DNA of 64,000 nt, taken from Adineta vaga (Eukaryota > Animalia > Rotifera). The stretch spans positions 15,810,001 to 15,874,000 of the forward strand of contig CP075495.1 in NCBI GenBank assembly GCA_021613535.1. The letters are read 5' to 3'. A program made the translations under genes and the position numbers. Under the pieces are notes generated by a model. That model had not been told where the DNA came from, searched no databases, and saw nothing but the letters and a program-made list of their open reading frames with translations. Within the stretch, counting starts at the first letter, position 1. Every line of letters starts with the position of its first letter. Of this stretch, positions 1 to 12,239 are shown piece after piece.

Positions 1-3000
1 GTTATTTTGTGTTTTTTTATTATAACATTGACGAAGAGTACGAATTAACGGCAAAATAACGAGTCTAAATAGAAGAAAACTCATACCGAATAATTCGATA
101 ATAAGTGTACAAAATAATAATGTATGAAAAGCAAGTTCTGCTCGACGAACAATTGGTTGTTGAGTATTTTGAAGATAAAAAGGTTGTTCACTTAAAGTAA
201 TTGATATTATAGTACGTTTAGATATATATCGTAGATAATACCCATCTTGTTCATAAATTGATTTGTCTGAAAAAAAATTTTCAGCAAATGTTGGTGCCCA
301 TCGTCCATTGTAATATGTTTTACTCCCTATTTTCAATGGTTTAGTCTCATTAATAACTTTAATTAATACCATATGTAATGTTGTCATACGTGCTAATGTT
401 TCATTTGGTGTAAAGAACAATTTACACATATCGAGTGTTTCTAATCTATGTACACCCTCAATAAAACCTGGACTACGTAGACATAATCGCATTCCACCAA
501 TGAAATAAGATCCAGTAATATTGAGTTGCACATTTGTACGATGTTCTAGTAATGAAAAGGTGACAGATAGTGTAGCATTATCTAATTGACGTATACAGGA
601 TGTGACTGGCAATAGTAGATAGTTGATTCCAGGTCTATTTTGTTGAACAGTAATATCCGAACAATTAGCTGCTGTATTTAATAAATCTACAGTTATTATA
701 AAAGGTTGATTATCTAGCATGTTAAAAATGGCCCATTGATTACCATCAGGATTAGGTAATGGTAATTGTAATGCACTTTCAAATACTGCATTACGTATTG
801 TACTATCACATGAAATATGGGATACATCAGATATTTCAATTGGATAAAGTTTTAAAAAATTAGTTGCGAACCAAATAGTAAAAGCAAAAACAACAGCAAT
901 AGCAAATGAAAATAAACCACCAACCCATCGTTCACCTTCGTTTACTATGTCTATTCTTTTTAAAAATTGTTTTGCTTTAGTTCGACGAGAATGTGCCTTA
1001 GGACTAGTGCACACTTGTAATAATGCCATAAGCAACCAAATTATACCACATAAAATAATAACAATTGTTGTCCAAAATATCGGTGAAATAACAAGACAAC
1101 GCTTTGTATAATTCATATTGAAAATGTTCTGAACGAGAAGATCATCATAATTATTCATATCAGGTGAATTAGGATACGAAAATGTTTGTGTATATGATGG
1201 ATAATTATCGAATGACACGTCACCCACGGATCCGAGAGGACAGAAAGAGTTATTATTACACGGTTCACACACAGTATATGTTTGATTTCCTGTGTTTTTC
1301 GTTTGTGGAGGACATATAGTACATGATCCAAAACCAGATACATTCTTAAATGTACCTGGAGTACACATAACTGATTCCAAAACAAAAAGTAGTCCCTTTT
1401 CTTCAGTATTATGTGTAGAAACATAACCAGCTGGTTGTGAAGGAACTACTAATACAGATATGTCATCCGTAACTATGACCAAATTTCCAGAAAAAAATAA
1501 TATCTGCAGAAATAGAGGTGATGGAATATATTTAAAATTTTGTTGATTATTAGGAAAAATAAATAGAGGTATTTGAAACGATTTGTCAACATCGAATATC
1601 CATACTTCTGATTGAGACCATGGTCGGTTAGGAACTATCAGAACTACAACAGCAACCGTTGTATCGTTGATCCAAACTACAGATCGACCAAAACCGGTAC
1701 AGTGCATTGGACCGACTTCATTACGTACTATATTGAGATTCCAGTCGTCTGGATTCGGAAGAGTAGCATTTATTTTCAGCAGAACGACCGTATTGGCGAC
1801 TGGTAAACCGATAATCGCCAGATGACGTCTATGATTTACAGCCACTGATATATCATTATTACGGTTATAAAAAAATGCTTGAGCGGTAACGAATAGTGTA
1901 CTATGAAGAGTTATTCCATTTAAAAAATCCATCGACCCCAACAACAGGAGTTTTGCTGCATAAGTTGAATAATATGGCATTTTGGGTGCAATGTAAAGTC
2001 CAACACAGATTGCATAAGTTGCAGTAATATCAACGCCAGTTACGTGGAACGATAAAGAAGCTTTGGTCATATTTACATAGGAAGTAAAAGTAGAACTGAC
2101 AGGATCGAAAATATGTATATGTCTGCTAGCAAAAACGTACATATAAAGTTGAGATGGATCAGTTTTCAGAAACAGATATTCTTGATGTGCTTCGTAGAGA
2201 ATGAAATTCCCTTGAGACTTAATATTATATTTACCTTGAAAAATTATGATAAAAAAAAATATTGTTCTATAAATAAACAGAAATATTATATATGATCACA
2301 TTTATATTTTAGAGATGATCATATATAATATCTAACTCAATACTGTATCTTCTTAAACTAAAATTCGATTTATGAAAATACAATGTTTAATGAACAAATG
2401 AAATAGATTAATCATTTTCTTCGTATAATTTAGAGCATTGCAAAATCAATTTATGAAAATGTAGAAAGTTACACGATCTGTTGACAACTCAATTTTGACA
2501 ATTTCATAGTAATTATTATCATGTAATTGAATTATGCTCATGGACTCATAACACTTTTGGTAGTAAACGAAGTGTTGAAATATAGTGAAAATTATTTCCA
2601 AGATAAAAGTACAATTTCTCAACTTTTAACATCATAGAATAAACTCTTTAATGTTTAAAATAAACAGTCATTTTATCTATCATTCTTTAGAAACTTTACT
2701 TTGATGATTTCATTTACAATATCAAAAACGTGATTATTTCAAGATCTAACTGTTAAAATATCGTATTTATATGAAAGTTTCTAACATACCATTACTGAAT
2801 AAAGTTACATTGGAACGCATGAATAATGCATGACGAAGTTCTATACTTTCGCAAATATATGCAAATATATATGTTTTGGGAAATGATTCATTATCAGCGG
2901 TTGATATTATATCCAAACTATACACATAAATATTTGTATATGGATAATCTATTCGCATTTGTATTGATGATTTGTTATTATAAAAATATAACATAAAACA

Positions 3001-3162
3001 TTGAAAACTATTAAAAGCCACAACGATAAATTGATCATTACCAGAACAACGTACTCCATGAGCACTATTATCATCCATTTCATATGACGAGGATAACCAA
3101 TCAAACTGCGTTGATAGAGGTAACATTAACATAAAAGAGAAAATAATAAGTAGTGCTTTCAT
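1..3162 (-). CDS. Multi-pass transmembrane protein with signal peptide and an ephrin-receptor-like Cys-rich repeat (3'-partial, at least 869 aa)
   Basis: Exon 1 3162-2790 (MKALLIIFSFMLML signal peptide), phase-1 GT-AG intron 2789-2235, then exon 2 2234-1 open to the window edge, which is why the ORF track misses it. It contains CTPGTFKNVSGFGSCTICP...CEPC...FCPLGS and three hydrophobic segments. Confidence 0.85.
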
Positions 3163-4248
3163 ATTCAATCTTAAACAGTAATTTATAACTAAAAATCATA
3201 TCTATATAGTAATTATTGAAGAAAAATATTTCTCATATTAATAAGAAATTATACTACTATTACACATATCGTATTTGTTTGTTTAATTAGTTAATAAATA
3301 TATTCTAAAAGAATATTGTATGAATAATTCTATATCTCACTTCAATTTTTAATTGTCTCTTCTAATAAAATATAAAAATTCTAAAAAAAAATCTGTTAGA
3401 TTTTGCTAACCTTAATCATAGTTATCTGACAATATATAACATATTGTCTGATTTGTATTTCATTTCTATTTATCTTTATCAACTATGAGAGAAGAAAGAT
3501 GAGAAAATTTTTATTATCTTCATACAAAAGATACATAAATGAATATTTTTTTTAAATTTAAAGTAATTATTGATCATTAGATCAATTTCTTATTAAAATA
3601 ATAATACATGACAAAAATGTAATATATTTTAAATCATGAATGAATTATTCTCATATATTTATATAAAATCAAATTTCATTTATTAAATCAAGTTATAGAT
3701 GAACGTGCTTAATCATATGACATAGAAATTTATATTTATTTAACAATCAATAAATTTTATTTTATTAAATAAAAGAGAAGAAATTAAAATAAAGTAAGTA
3801 TATGAATACAATATGATTAAATAATAATAGAAACTTATAATTAATACTTTTACTTTCAATACTTTGTATTTGTCTTGACTCTGATTATTATTTCCCATTC
3901 ATTCGATTCACTTTAATCTATTGTTTTTTCTTTCTCATATCTTGACCTTTGAAACTTGTTCAATATGTGTATTTATAAACAATGCTCGACAAGTTTTATT
4001 TTCATTGTCCGTCCTCTTTTCACATGCAAAATGAATATAAATTGATAGGAATATATTGAACATAAACGAAAAACCATCATAATAAGACATTTCGATCCTA
4101 CGCATTCATGACTATTGTATATGATAATGACAAATCCGTTCATTTTGCTACGTATGCTGCAAGTAAGTTTCTGAATGAATCAAATTGAAATTTATTGATT
4201 GCTTCTTTATATAACAATCAATAAATAATCATTTCTTTCATTTATAGT

Positions 4249-4296
4249 TAGAGATGCGCAGTTTCTCAGTATTTGCACTGAAGTTGCGCATCTCTA
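4249..4296. mobile_element. 48-bp minimal hAT-like MITE (hairpin)
   Basis: Perfect 12-bp TIR TAGAGATGCGCA...TGCGCATCTCTA. The flanks TTTATAGT and TTTATATT match at 7 of 8 positions, consistent with an 8-bp TSD. Confidence 0.7.
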
Positions 4297-4409
4297 TTTA
4301 TATTTATTTAAGATTTATTTCGTACATATTTATTACTCGTAATGTTTATTTTATTGTTGAACATGAAAAAATACATGTTGAGTCTTTATTTTGAATATAT
4401 TTTTCAATC

Positions 4410-4826
4410 TAAACGAAAAGAAATAGATTCAGTTTGTAAAAATAATAGAGTCCTTATTTCAAAATACAAATTAATAGTTTTCAATAATTTAGAATTAATT
4501 CAATTGGAAAAGAAATTTACTAAACAATAAGTTGATCATTTACGACAACGTAAGTCTATTCATGTAATTATTTTATATAAAACAAAAATTGTTTGATTAT
4601 ATTAGATTATTTGACAAATCCTGATCCTCAACTACAGGATTGTCTATCAATTACTAAAAAATTGAATGGAAATACTAATTTTGCAATAGATATATGTGTT
4701 CGTAGGATTTTAATTTATCATGATTTCTATTTAGGATCTATTTTTAGAGTTGGTTTGTCTGTCAATACGTTGCTGATTGTGAACATATTCAACGGCGAGC
4801 AGATGGACGAAAAGTAGCAGCTTAGT
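4410..4826 (+). pseudogene. Degraded spliced fragment, weakly homeodomain-like
   Basis: KKFTKQ*VDHLRQ|YLTNPDPQLQDCLSITKKLNG...SWF resembles homeodomain helix 1-3 spacing. There is an in-frame TAA at about 4528. Confidence 0.3.
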
Positions 4827-5063
4827 TTTCAATGATCAAACTTGTTTATGAACTTATTAAAGAAAATCCTTTTTCCTGTACTGAAATCGACAAATATTAG
4901 ATGTGAAAATAGATTTCTATATTAAGATTAATCATAAATATAAAATTGATGAACTTTTTCTATTCATATGAAATATTTCCTAAGTAAAATCAAAGAGACA
5001 TTTATCGATTAATATATGGAAATATATTTAAAATCTTTCTAAATAACTTGTCAGATAAATTTT

Positions 5064-6651
5064 CTAATTATATTTAACACTTTCATAACCATATTTATCA
5101 TATTGTTCTCTTTTAAATTTATCTGATAAAATTGCATATGCTTGATTCACTTTTTTAAATGCTTCTTCAGCTTTTTTATCACCAGGATTTCGATCTGGAT
5201 GAAGTTCTTTTGCTTTTAATAGATAAGCACGTTTGATTTCTTTATCTGTTGCTGTTCGACTAACTGACAGTAAATTATATAAATCCAATGATGTTTCTTC
5301 TTTTGATCTTGTACTTGATTCTCTTGTACTAAAAAAAAGAACACCTTTATTGATATTCATTTCTATACAAACTAACCGTTGTTGTTGTTGCTGTTGCTGA
5401 CGTGATTCTTGTTGTCTGTAAGATTGTTGTTGTTGTTGTCGATATGATTGATATTGTTGTTGAAAAGGTGTTGTAAAATCATAAGTAAATTGTGAAGCAT
5501 TTGAAGTATAATTTTGCCATTGTTGTTGATTAACTCTTTGTCGATAAAGTTTTGGATAATTTTTAGCATAAAGACCAACAAGAGGTGAAACAATACAAGC
5601 AATTGGAATTGCTGTTTTAAATGAAAGAAATGAAGCAAGTGCAATACCAATGGATGGATCAACCATTGATCCTACACCAACAATTGCTGTTAATGCTAAT
5701 GGATAAAATCCAATTAATGTTGCTAAAGTAACTTTTAACATTGAATATTGTCTATCACCTTCAACACGACCAGTTATTCCATCAATTAAACATGTAAAAT
5801 CAGTTGAACCATATTCATAATTAATAATATAAATAGGATAATATAAAAGACGTTCTTTTTTTGTATTAATATCAAAATGAAATGAATCAATTTTCATATT
5901 ACTATAATAAGGATAAACCTTAAAGAAAATGAGTCTATTTTCTTCTAATAAAGAGAGAAATGAAAAATACTTGTTGAGCTTGTTGAGTTAGAATTTGTTT
6001 TGTTTGTGGAACCATATTTAAATCCCAACCAATTTGAAAAGCAGTATCTTTATCAACAGTCCATTGTTCAATATCTTTTTCTTGATTATTAAGATTAATA
6101 ATTTGATTATTTTCAAATGAAATATTTAATTTATTTAAATGATAACGATCAAGTGTTTGACAAGCATAAATATTCATATCAATTAATGATATCTTATTTA
6201 ATTTCATTGTTGTTGAATACCATTGTGTACTTGGTACAGAAGTTTTTCCACGCTTTTTAAATAAAATAAAAAAAAGAATTTTGAAAAAAAAAGAAGACAA
6301 GAAAAATTTGAATTACTCGAACAGTTGTTGTTTGTCCTAATTTAATTTGAGAATTAATTGAACCATAAAGATTAAAATTCCAAAAAGGAATATAACGTTT
6401 AGTAATATGAATAGCTTTATCTTTTGTTGATTCAGTCCATCCACCAGGTGCAAACCTCTTTGACAAAATTAATTTATTTTATTTTCAAATTAAAATTATT
6501 CTTATTACCATAAAGATTTAAGCCATTGATCAAAATATTCACGTGCTTCTTCTTCATCTATTTTTGCTTTAATTCCTTCATATTTTTTTATTGAAGCAAA
6601 TCGACGAATAATTAATAAATGTGATTGTCGAACATTAGAGAAGATTTTCAT
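5064..6651 (-). CDS. DnaJ-domain protein with a C-terminal J domain, TM hairpin, Gln-rich linker and probable mitochondrial presequence
   Basis: Five exons from the ATG at 6651 (MKIFSNVRQSHLLIIRRFAS). The J domain carries HPD (KELHPDRNPGD...AYAILSD...YDKYG). A 48-bp in-frame intron lies at 5329-5376. Confidence 0.85.
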
Positions 6652-7188
6652 TTTATTTTCAAATAAAAATAATATTAAAAAAAAATGAATCTATTTGTAT
6701 TCCATTAAAGTTAATCAATGGACTCAATCTATATGATTTTCTTGATAAAAGAAAGAATCAGATAATAACGACATCTATGAAGATTAATGTTAATATTAAA
6801 AATGTAATTTTCAAATGAAAATATGTTTTAGTCTAGACAATGATTAGTTTTATTTCCTTTTTTTCAAATGATATTGATTGAAAGAAGAAGAAAAGAGAAT
6901 TTGTTTTGTGGAAAAAAAAAGTGAATATTTCTTCAAATGAATGATTGAAATAAAAGTAAGTAAATAATAGTAAATGAGTAGGTGTGATTAACAAATGAAA
7001 TGTTCGTTCTTTTGAAAAAAAAAGAAGAAGAGGAAGAATTGTCAATGTTCTATTTGTCTTTTGTATATGGAAAGAATATTGATCTTCCATTAAAGACAAC
7101 CAATATTTGAAAAGACAATCATTTTTATCTTCTTGAATAGAAGAACATTTGTTAAATTTTATTTCTATTCGAACATTTTTTCTTTATA

Positions 7189-10100
7189 ATGATGAATATC
7201 ATTTATTCGATTTATTATTTTATTCATTTATTTATAATTATTAAAGGTTTTTTATTTGAAATCTTCTTTTTTTTTTCTTCTAATTAATCATTTGATTCTA
7301 TTAAGGACAATTTTATTTACCATCTGTATGTTTTCTAACATTTGATAATGCAACTGGAATATTAAATCCATCATATCCAAATGGAAGGTTAATTTTAATT
7401 TTCTAAAATATTTTTTTAAAAAGAATTTTTTCAAATTTAGTATAATAAATTGTCCATCATCATGTTATACAATGAAATATTTAAGAAATCAAGATGCATA
7501 TCCAATCTTTGGAAATGAAACATATTCAGGAGTAAGATTATTATTTTGAAATTGAATGTGTTTTTTTTTCAAATTTCTTTTTTAAAATAAAAGAATTCCT
7601 TAGTTTGTAAATCAGCAATGCATGATGGACGAGTTGCACCATGGGGAAGAGATTATTCACCTGTTTTAATTCGAAATAATTCATTTCGTTCATCAATATT
7701 TCCAAATACACTTCGAAATGGAATTAATTCAGCTAAGTTAGTTTATTTTATTCATTTAACAAAAAAAAAGAAATGAAATAATTTTCATTCTAAAGATCAA
7801 CATCGATATCTTATAATACTTATTCATTTTTAAATACTCGAATTAATGGTTTGAATTTAATTTGATTATTTTTTAATATTTAAAATTAAAATATTTCTTT
7901 TAGAAACATCTTTACTTGATATTGCAATTGAACATCGTGTTTATCTTTATTCACAAGATCAATCATCAAGTATAACATGTCGAAGTAAAAGTGATTTAAA
8001 TTCAATTGAACCAATTAATATCGATCAAGGATGTAAGTTTTCTTTTTGTTAAATATCAATTAAAACAATTTCTTTGTTTTCTTCTAAAGGGAAAACTTGG
8101 AATGAAAATCGTTTAAAATATTTTACATATCCAACAAATATGACACGAGATCAAGCATTAAATTTTTGTATAAATAATAATGGAACATTAATGTATTGGA
8201 CAAATAAAACTGAAGAAGATATTCTTCAAAGTAATATTTTATTCTTTTGAAAAAAAAAATTCAAGAATGAAATATTGAAATTTTAGATGAACTTTTAACA
8301 ACAATATTTCAATTATTTCATAAACAAAGAGATCAACAAAATAATGCTACTTTATCTTTTTATATTGGTTTAAAAAGAATATCAAAAGTTAAACAATGGG
8401 AATCAAATGTAAATATTCATTTTAAGAATAATAATTAATTAATTAATAATTTTTTTTAAAGATAATTAATTTTAATGAAATAACAAATACAATTAATACA
8501 AATGGAATTATTATTGATGAAGATTATTGTACAATAATTCAATCAACAAATGGAATGTTTGGAATTTATGCTTATCGTTGTAATGATGCAAATATTCAAG
8601 CTTTTCCACTTTGTCGTCTTAATCGTAAGAATTTTATTTGCATAAAATCTTTTTTATTTTATTTTTAATCATTTAATTTAGCATCGATAATTAATGAAGA
8701 AAATAATTTTATTTATCGTCTTGAAAATGATAATCAATCAGGAAATTTAACAGGTGTTATTAATTTTTGTTCAGAATTAGGTGGATTTCCAATCTATGCA
8801 AATAATGCTTATGAATGGCAAATTATTCAAGGTTTAGATTTTCATAAATTTATTTTTTCTTATAAAACAAAAGAAATCTTATCTGTTTTTTTTTAGAAAT
8901 TATGTTAAAAGATCCAAATTTTAGTGAAAATTATGTTTATACTGGTTTATTATCTCAAACAAAACAAGTTACAAATGCATATTGGATGCCAAAAAATATC
9001 ACAGTAAAAGATTTCGTTTTTTTTTTCTTTAAAAGGAAAATATATTTTTCTTTATATAGTATAATAGTACATTAAATTTTATTCAATTTGGTTCATCACG
9101 AGGTTCAAATCGTATTGGATATCATTTATCAAAAGCAAATGATGAATCTTATTATTATTTATATGATATTGATCCATATACAAATTTAAATAATTTAAGA
9201 TTTTGTCGAAAACCTGATCTAAAAAAACAAATACAACAATCTTCATATTGTCATTCAAAACAATGTTCATCAAAATGTTTAAATATAACACTTCCAAATC
9301 AATCTGATGATTTAAGATTTGGTTTTTATGCTTGTTATCCAAGAAATAGTTTAGCTTCAATTGTTTATACACATTCATTTCCAAGAGATGGTTCGAATAA
9401 AATTTTCTTTTTTTTATAGAAGAAAAGAATTGTTTTGTTTTTATTTAGGTGATTTTATTCGTCCACAATTACCAATGGATTATAGTGTTAGTCTTCGACG
9501 AAATTTTAGTGATTCATTAATTTTAAGTTTTAATCAAATTGATAAAGATCTTCGTTCAAATTGTTTTCAATATCGAAATATTGATCGAAGTGGAACATTA
9601 AATGATACAATGCAATTAAATTGTGTTTCATCAAATACATTAAATAAAACAATAACTGGAATTAGTTTTAAAAGAAATTTAAATGATTTAATTTCAATTG
9701 GATTAGAAGATCGAAGACTTTCTGCACATCATTTTAGATTTATTGATTATTATGATTGTAAGTTTATTTATTGAAAAGGATTTTTTAATGATTTTTATTT
9801 TATTTTTAGCGGGTAGTCGTTGTCGTTATCAAGGAATTTATCATCCATATATTAATCAATGTATTTGTGCACCAGGATTTTATGGAAATGAATGTGAAAA
9901 TAGTTGTCCATCAGGTTATTATGGACAAACATGTGATTTTCAATGTGCTGGTGATGATGATTATTGTAAAGGTTTATTAATTTGTTTACCAGATCCATAT
10001 GGTTGTTCATGTTATTCGGGTTGGTATGGAATTAATTGTAATTTAACTTGTCCATCTGACCATTATGGACCTGATTGTTCATATAAATGTAATTGTCCTT

Positions 10101-10417
10101 CATGTAATCGTTTTACTGGTATTTGTAATTGTGTTGGAACTGAATGTTATCAAGGTCCATATAGTCGTAGTGAAATTGAATCACGTTGTACATCATCATC
10201 AAATTTAGCTGTATTAATAGCTGTACCAATTGTTTGTGTTGTTGTTTTAGTTGCAATCATAACTGCTTTATTATATTGGAGAAAACGACGTTCATCAGAT
10301 GAAGAAAATTTATTTGAAAGTTCAAATGTTCGTTATTCATCAGATTCTTATCAATCATCAATGAGACAAAATCAATATTCACGAGATTATAATAATATTC
10401 TTAGTGAACGTCTGTGA
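7189..10417 (+). CDS. Type I membrane protein: LCCL domain, C-type-lectin-like domains, laminin/EGF-like repeats, TM helix and short tail
   Basis: Multi-exon. LCCL motif CPSSC...IFGNETYSG|NSLVCKSAMHDG, CTL-like MTRDQALNFC...GTL, EGF repeats CICAPGFYGNECENSCPSGYYG, and TM AVLIAVPIVCVVVLVAIITALLYW followed by RKRR. Confidence 0.8.
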
Positions 10418-10610
10418 TAAATTTAATTAATGAGAACAAATTTTGTTCATATGAATTTTATTATTGAAAAAACAAAACATTTGCCTTTTTTCTGTTCTTC
10501 TCTATAGAAAATTCATTTTAATTAAATAAAAATAATTCAATTTCTTTTTAATGAAGATAAAAAACAAAACGAAAACATTCTATTTTCGTCGTTGTCGACG
10601 ATTCTTCTTG

Positions 10611-10742
10611 TCTGATGAGACGAGACTTAGTTGCATGAGTTAAACTATTAAGCTTATTCATGGGGTATTAGCATATCGTCAGAGAGAGACGCTCCGTCTA
10701 GGGAGGTTGAATAGTTGAATTTAACTTTCGAATCTTACACTA
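10611..10742 (+). ncRNA. Candidate box H/ACA snoRNA
   Basis: 132-nt two-hairpin fold with G-U pairs that favour the + strand, and ACA at 10737. The hairpin-1 pocket GAGAC/GCAUAU is complementary to the conserved 18S 5' segment AUAUGC-UU-GUCUC. The H box is non-consensus (AGAGAG). Confidence 0.4.
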
Positions 10743-10819
10743 TTGAAAATTCAATTTTTCTCTTTAAGAATACTCAAAATTTTATTTTATAAATCAAATG
10801 ATTTAGATAAAGATTCGAT

Positions 10820-11050
10820 TTAATGTAAACTTGTTGCATTACATCTTGCATAACATGACCGTAATTCACCACAGATTTCTGCATTGGTATTACACCAAGC
10901 TGAATTACACTGTAAACATGATTTCATGGATTTTGTTTGACAATTTGGACTTGTTAAAACAAAACAACATTTGCATTGTACTTCACCATTGGTATAACTG
11001 ATCATTATAAGTGATAAGATCAATAAAATAAAAGTGAGATGTATTTTCAT
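10820..11050 (-). CDS. Small secreted cysteine-rich peptide (76 aa, 10 Cys)
   Basis: Signal peptide MKIHLTFILLILSLIMISYTNG, then a mature region with the pattern CxCC-C-CxxC-C-C-CxxxC. A TATA-like element lies about 55 bp upstream. Confidence 0.75.
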   Translation of the reverse strand: MKIHLTFILLILSLIMISYTNGEVQCKCCFVLTSPNCQTKSMKSCLQCNSAWCNTNAEICGELRSCYARCNATSLH

Positions 11051-11773
11051 CGTTGTTTTGCAATTATCTTTCGATAAACTAAAACTTTGCTTTGAAATTT
11101 ATATTTATATGGCCATCAAGATAGAGTACTTTTATTTTGTCATCATCAGTATGACTAAAATAAAAAGAAACTTAAACTGAAATCGATTAAGCAGGTGTGA
11201 GAAAAGAATCATATGACTTAAGACTAATAACTGTTATTTTTATATAACATAAAAATGAAACCATTTTTGAAGCAAAAAAGATAACGTCATCATTAACAAA
11301 GAAATATGAAAATAACAACAAACACAATATAGTCAATGATCTTGATTTTCTTCATCTATCAGTTTAGCATTCTTTCTCATGGTGGAGATTCCTCATCACT
11401 TTAAACTAGAATTGAAATACAATCTTGATAGGGTGTGGGTGAAGGTGTTGGAAGGCAAAAAGCAAAAGGTGTAGGTTGAAAAGTTTAAAACTCGAAGCTT
11501 CGACTTCTAGATATATAAGTTTAGAACACGAATAAGTTTGATACTCGAATCGAGTTAACGATTTCTATACTAATCTTTCATATATTCATTATGTTCATGA
11601 TTTTTCATCTGCATACAAACAAACCTTTGATGATAATGCAAAAGATTTATTTAACCAAATGGAGTTGAACTATAGATCATCGATTTTTTTCTGCATAAAC
11701 TTTTCATTTCGTTATAAACAAGTACCACACAATACGCTGTATCTCTTGTGATCATTTAGGTTAATGCCTACAT

Positions 11774-12053
11774 CCCAGGACGATGGTTCCTGGAAGCAGT
11801 ATTCTGCTTATTTCTGGTGAAAACCTGCAGAATATCTATTTTTTCCGCGTTGGATACGATGGGAAAGTGTCTGGAATCCTATGCTGAGGGAACCGGTGAT
11901 CGTATCCGACTATCGGTTATGGCAGGTTCTTGTCGGTTCCTAATAAAACCGGGTAAATCCGATGACAGGATTTGGTCACCGGAATACTGCTTCCATGAAA
12001 TCTCCGGAAGATCCTGGAGCTAGGCGGTTCCGGACCGGATTGTTTGACTTGGG
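11774..12053. mobile_element. GC-rich non-autonomous element, CCCAGG...CTTGGG family, copy A
   Basis: GC island with ends CCCAGG and CTTGGG, and an internal inverted repeat GGAAGCAGTATTC / GAATACTGCTTCC. It shares motifs with the copies near 32.9, 61.9 and 63.2 kb. Confidence 0.7.
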
Positions 12054-12239
12054 TATACAATAAGTACAATATATATATAGATATATCTTTAGACAATTAT
12101 TTCTAAATCATCTTATTTTTTTCATTTCTTAAAAGAAAACATTCGATAAGCTGTAAATATGTTCAGATAAAATGAAAAAAAATGAAACAGTTTGGAAATA
12201 GAATCTTGATATTTGATCGAGTCTATTTTTCTCAGCACT

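Noticed and set aside
5372-5662. Short alternative-frame or antisense ORFs here and at 1155, 1612, 9079, 12724-13865, 16229, 19385, 29552-31691 and 42788-43127
   Set aside because: They are shadow ORFs overlapping well-supported genes, and many start at non-ATG codons that are inappropriate for a eukaryote.
10604-10640. Minimal hammerhead ribozyme (CTGATGA-GAC-GAGAC)
   Set aside because: The essential GAAA core reads GAGA and stem II is absent. The longer two-hairpin fold explains the region better.
11817-12023. ORFs inside GC-rich repeats (also 21861, 25905, 32733, 41776, 44631, 61782)
   Set aside because: They lie within non-autonomous elements and show no protein motifs.
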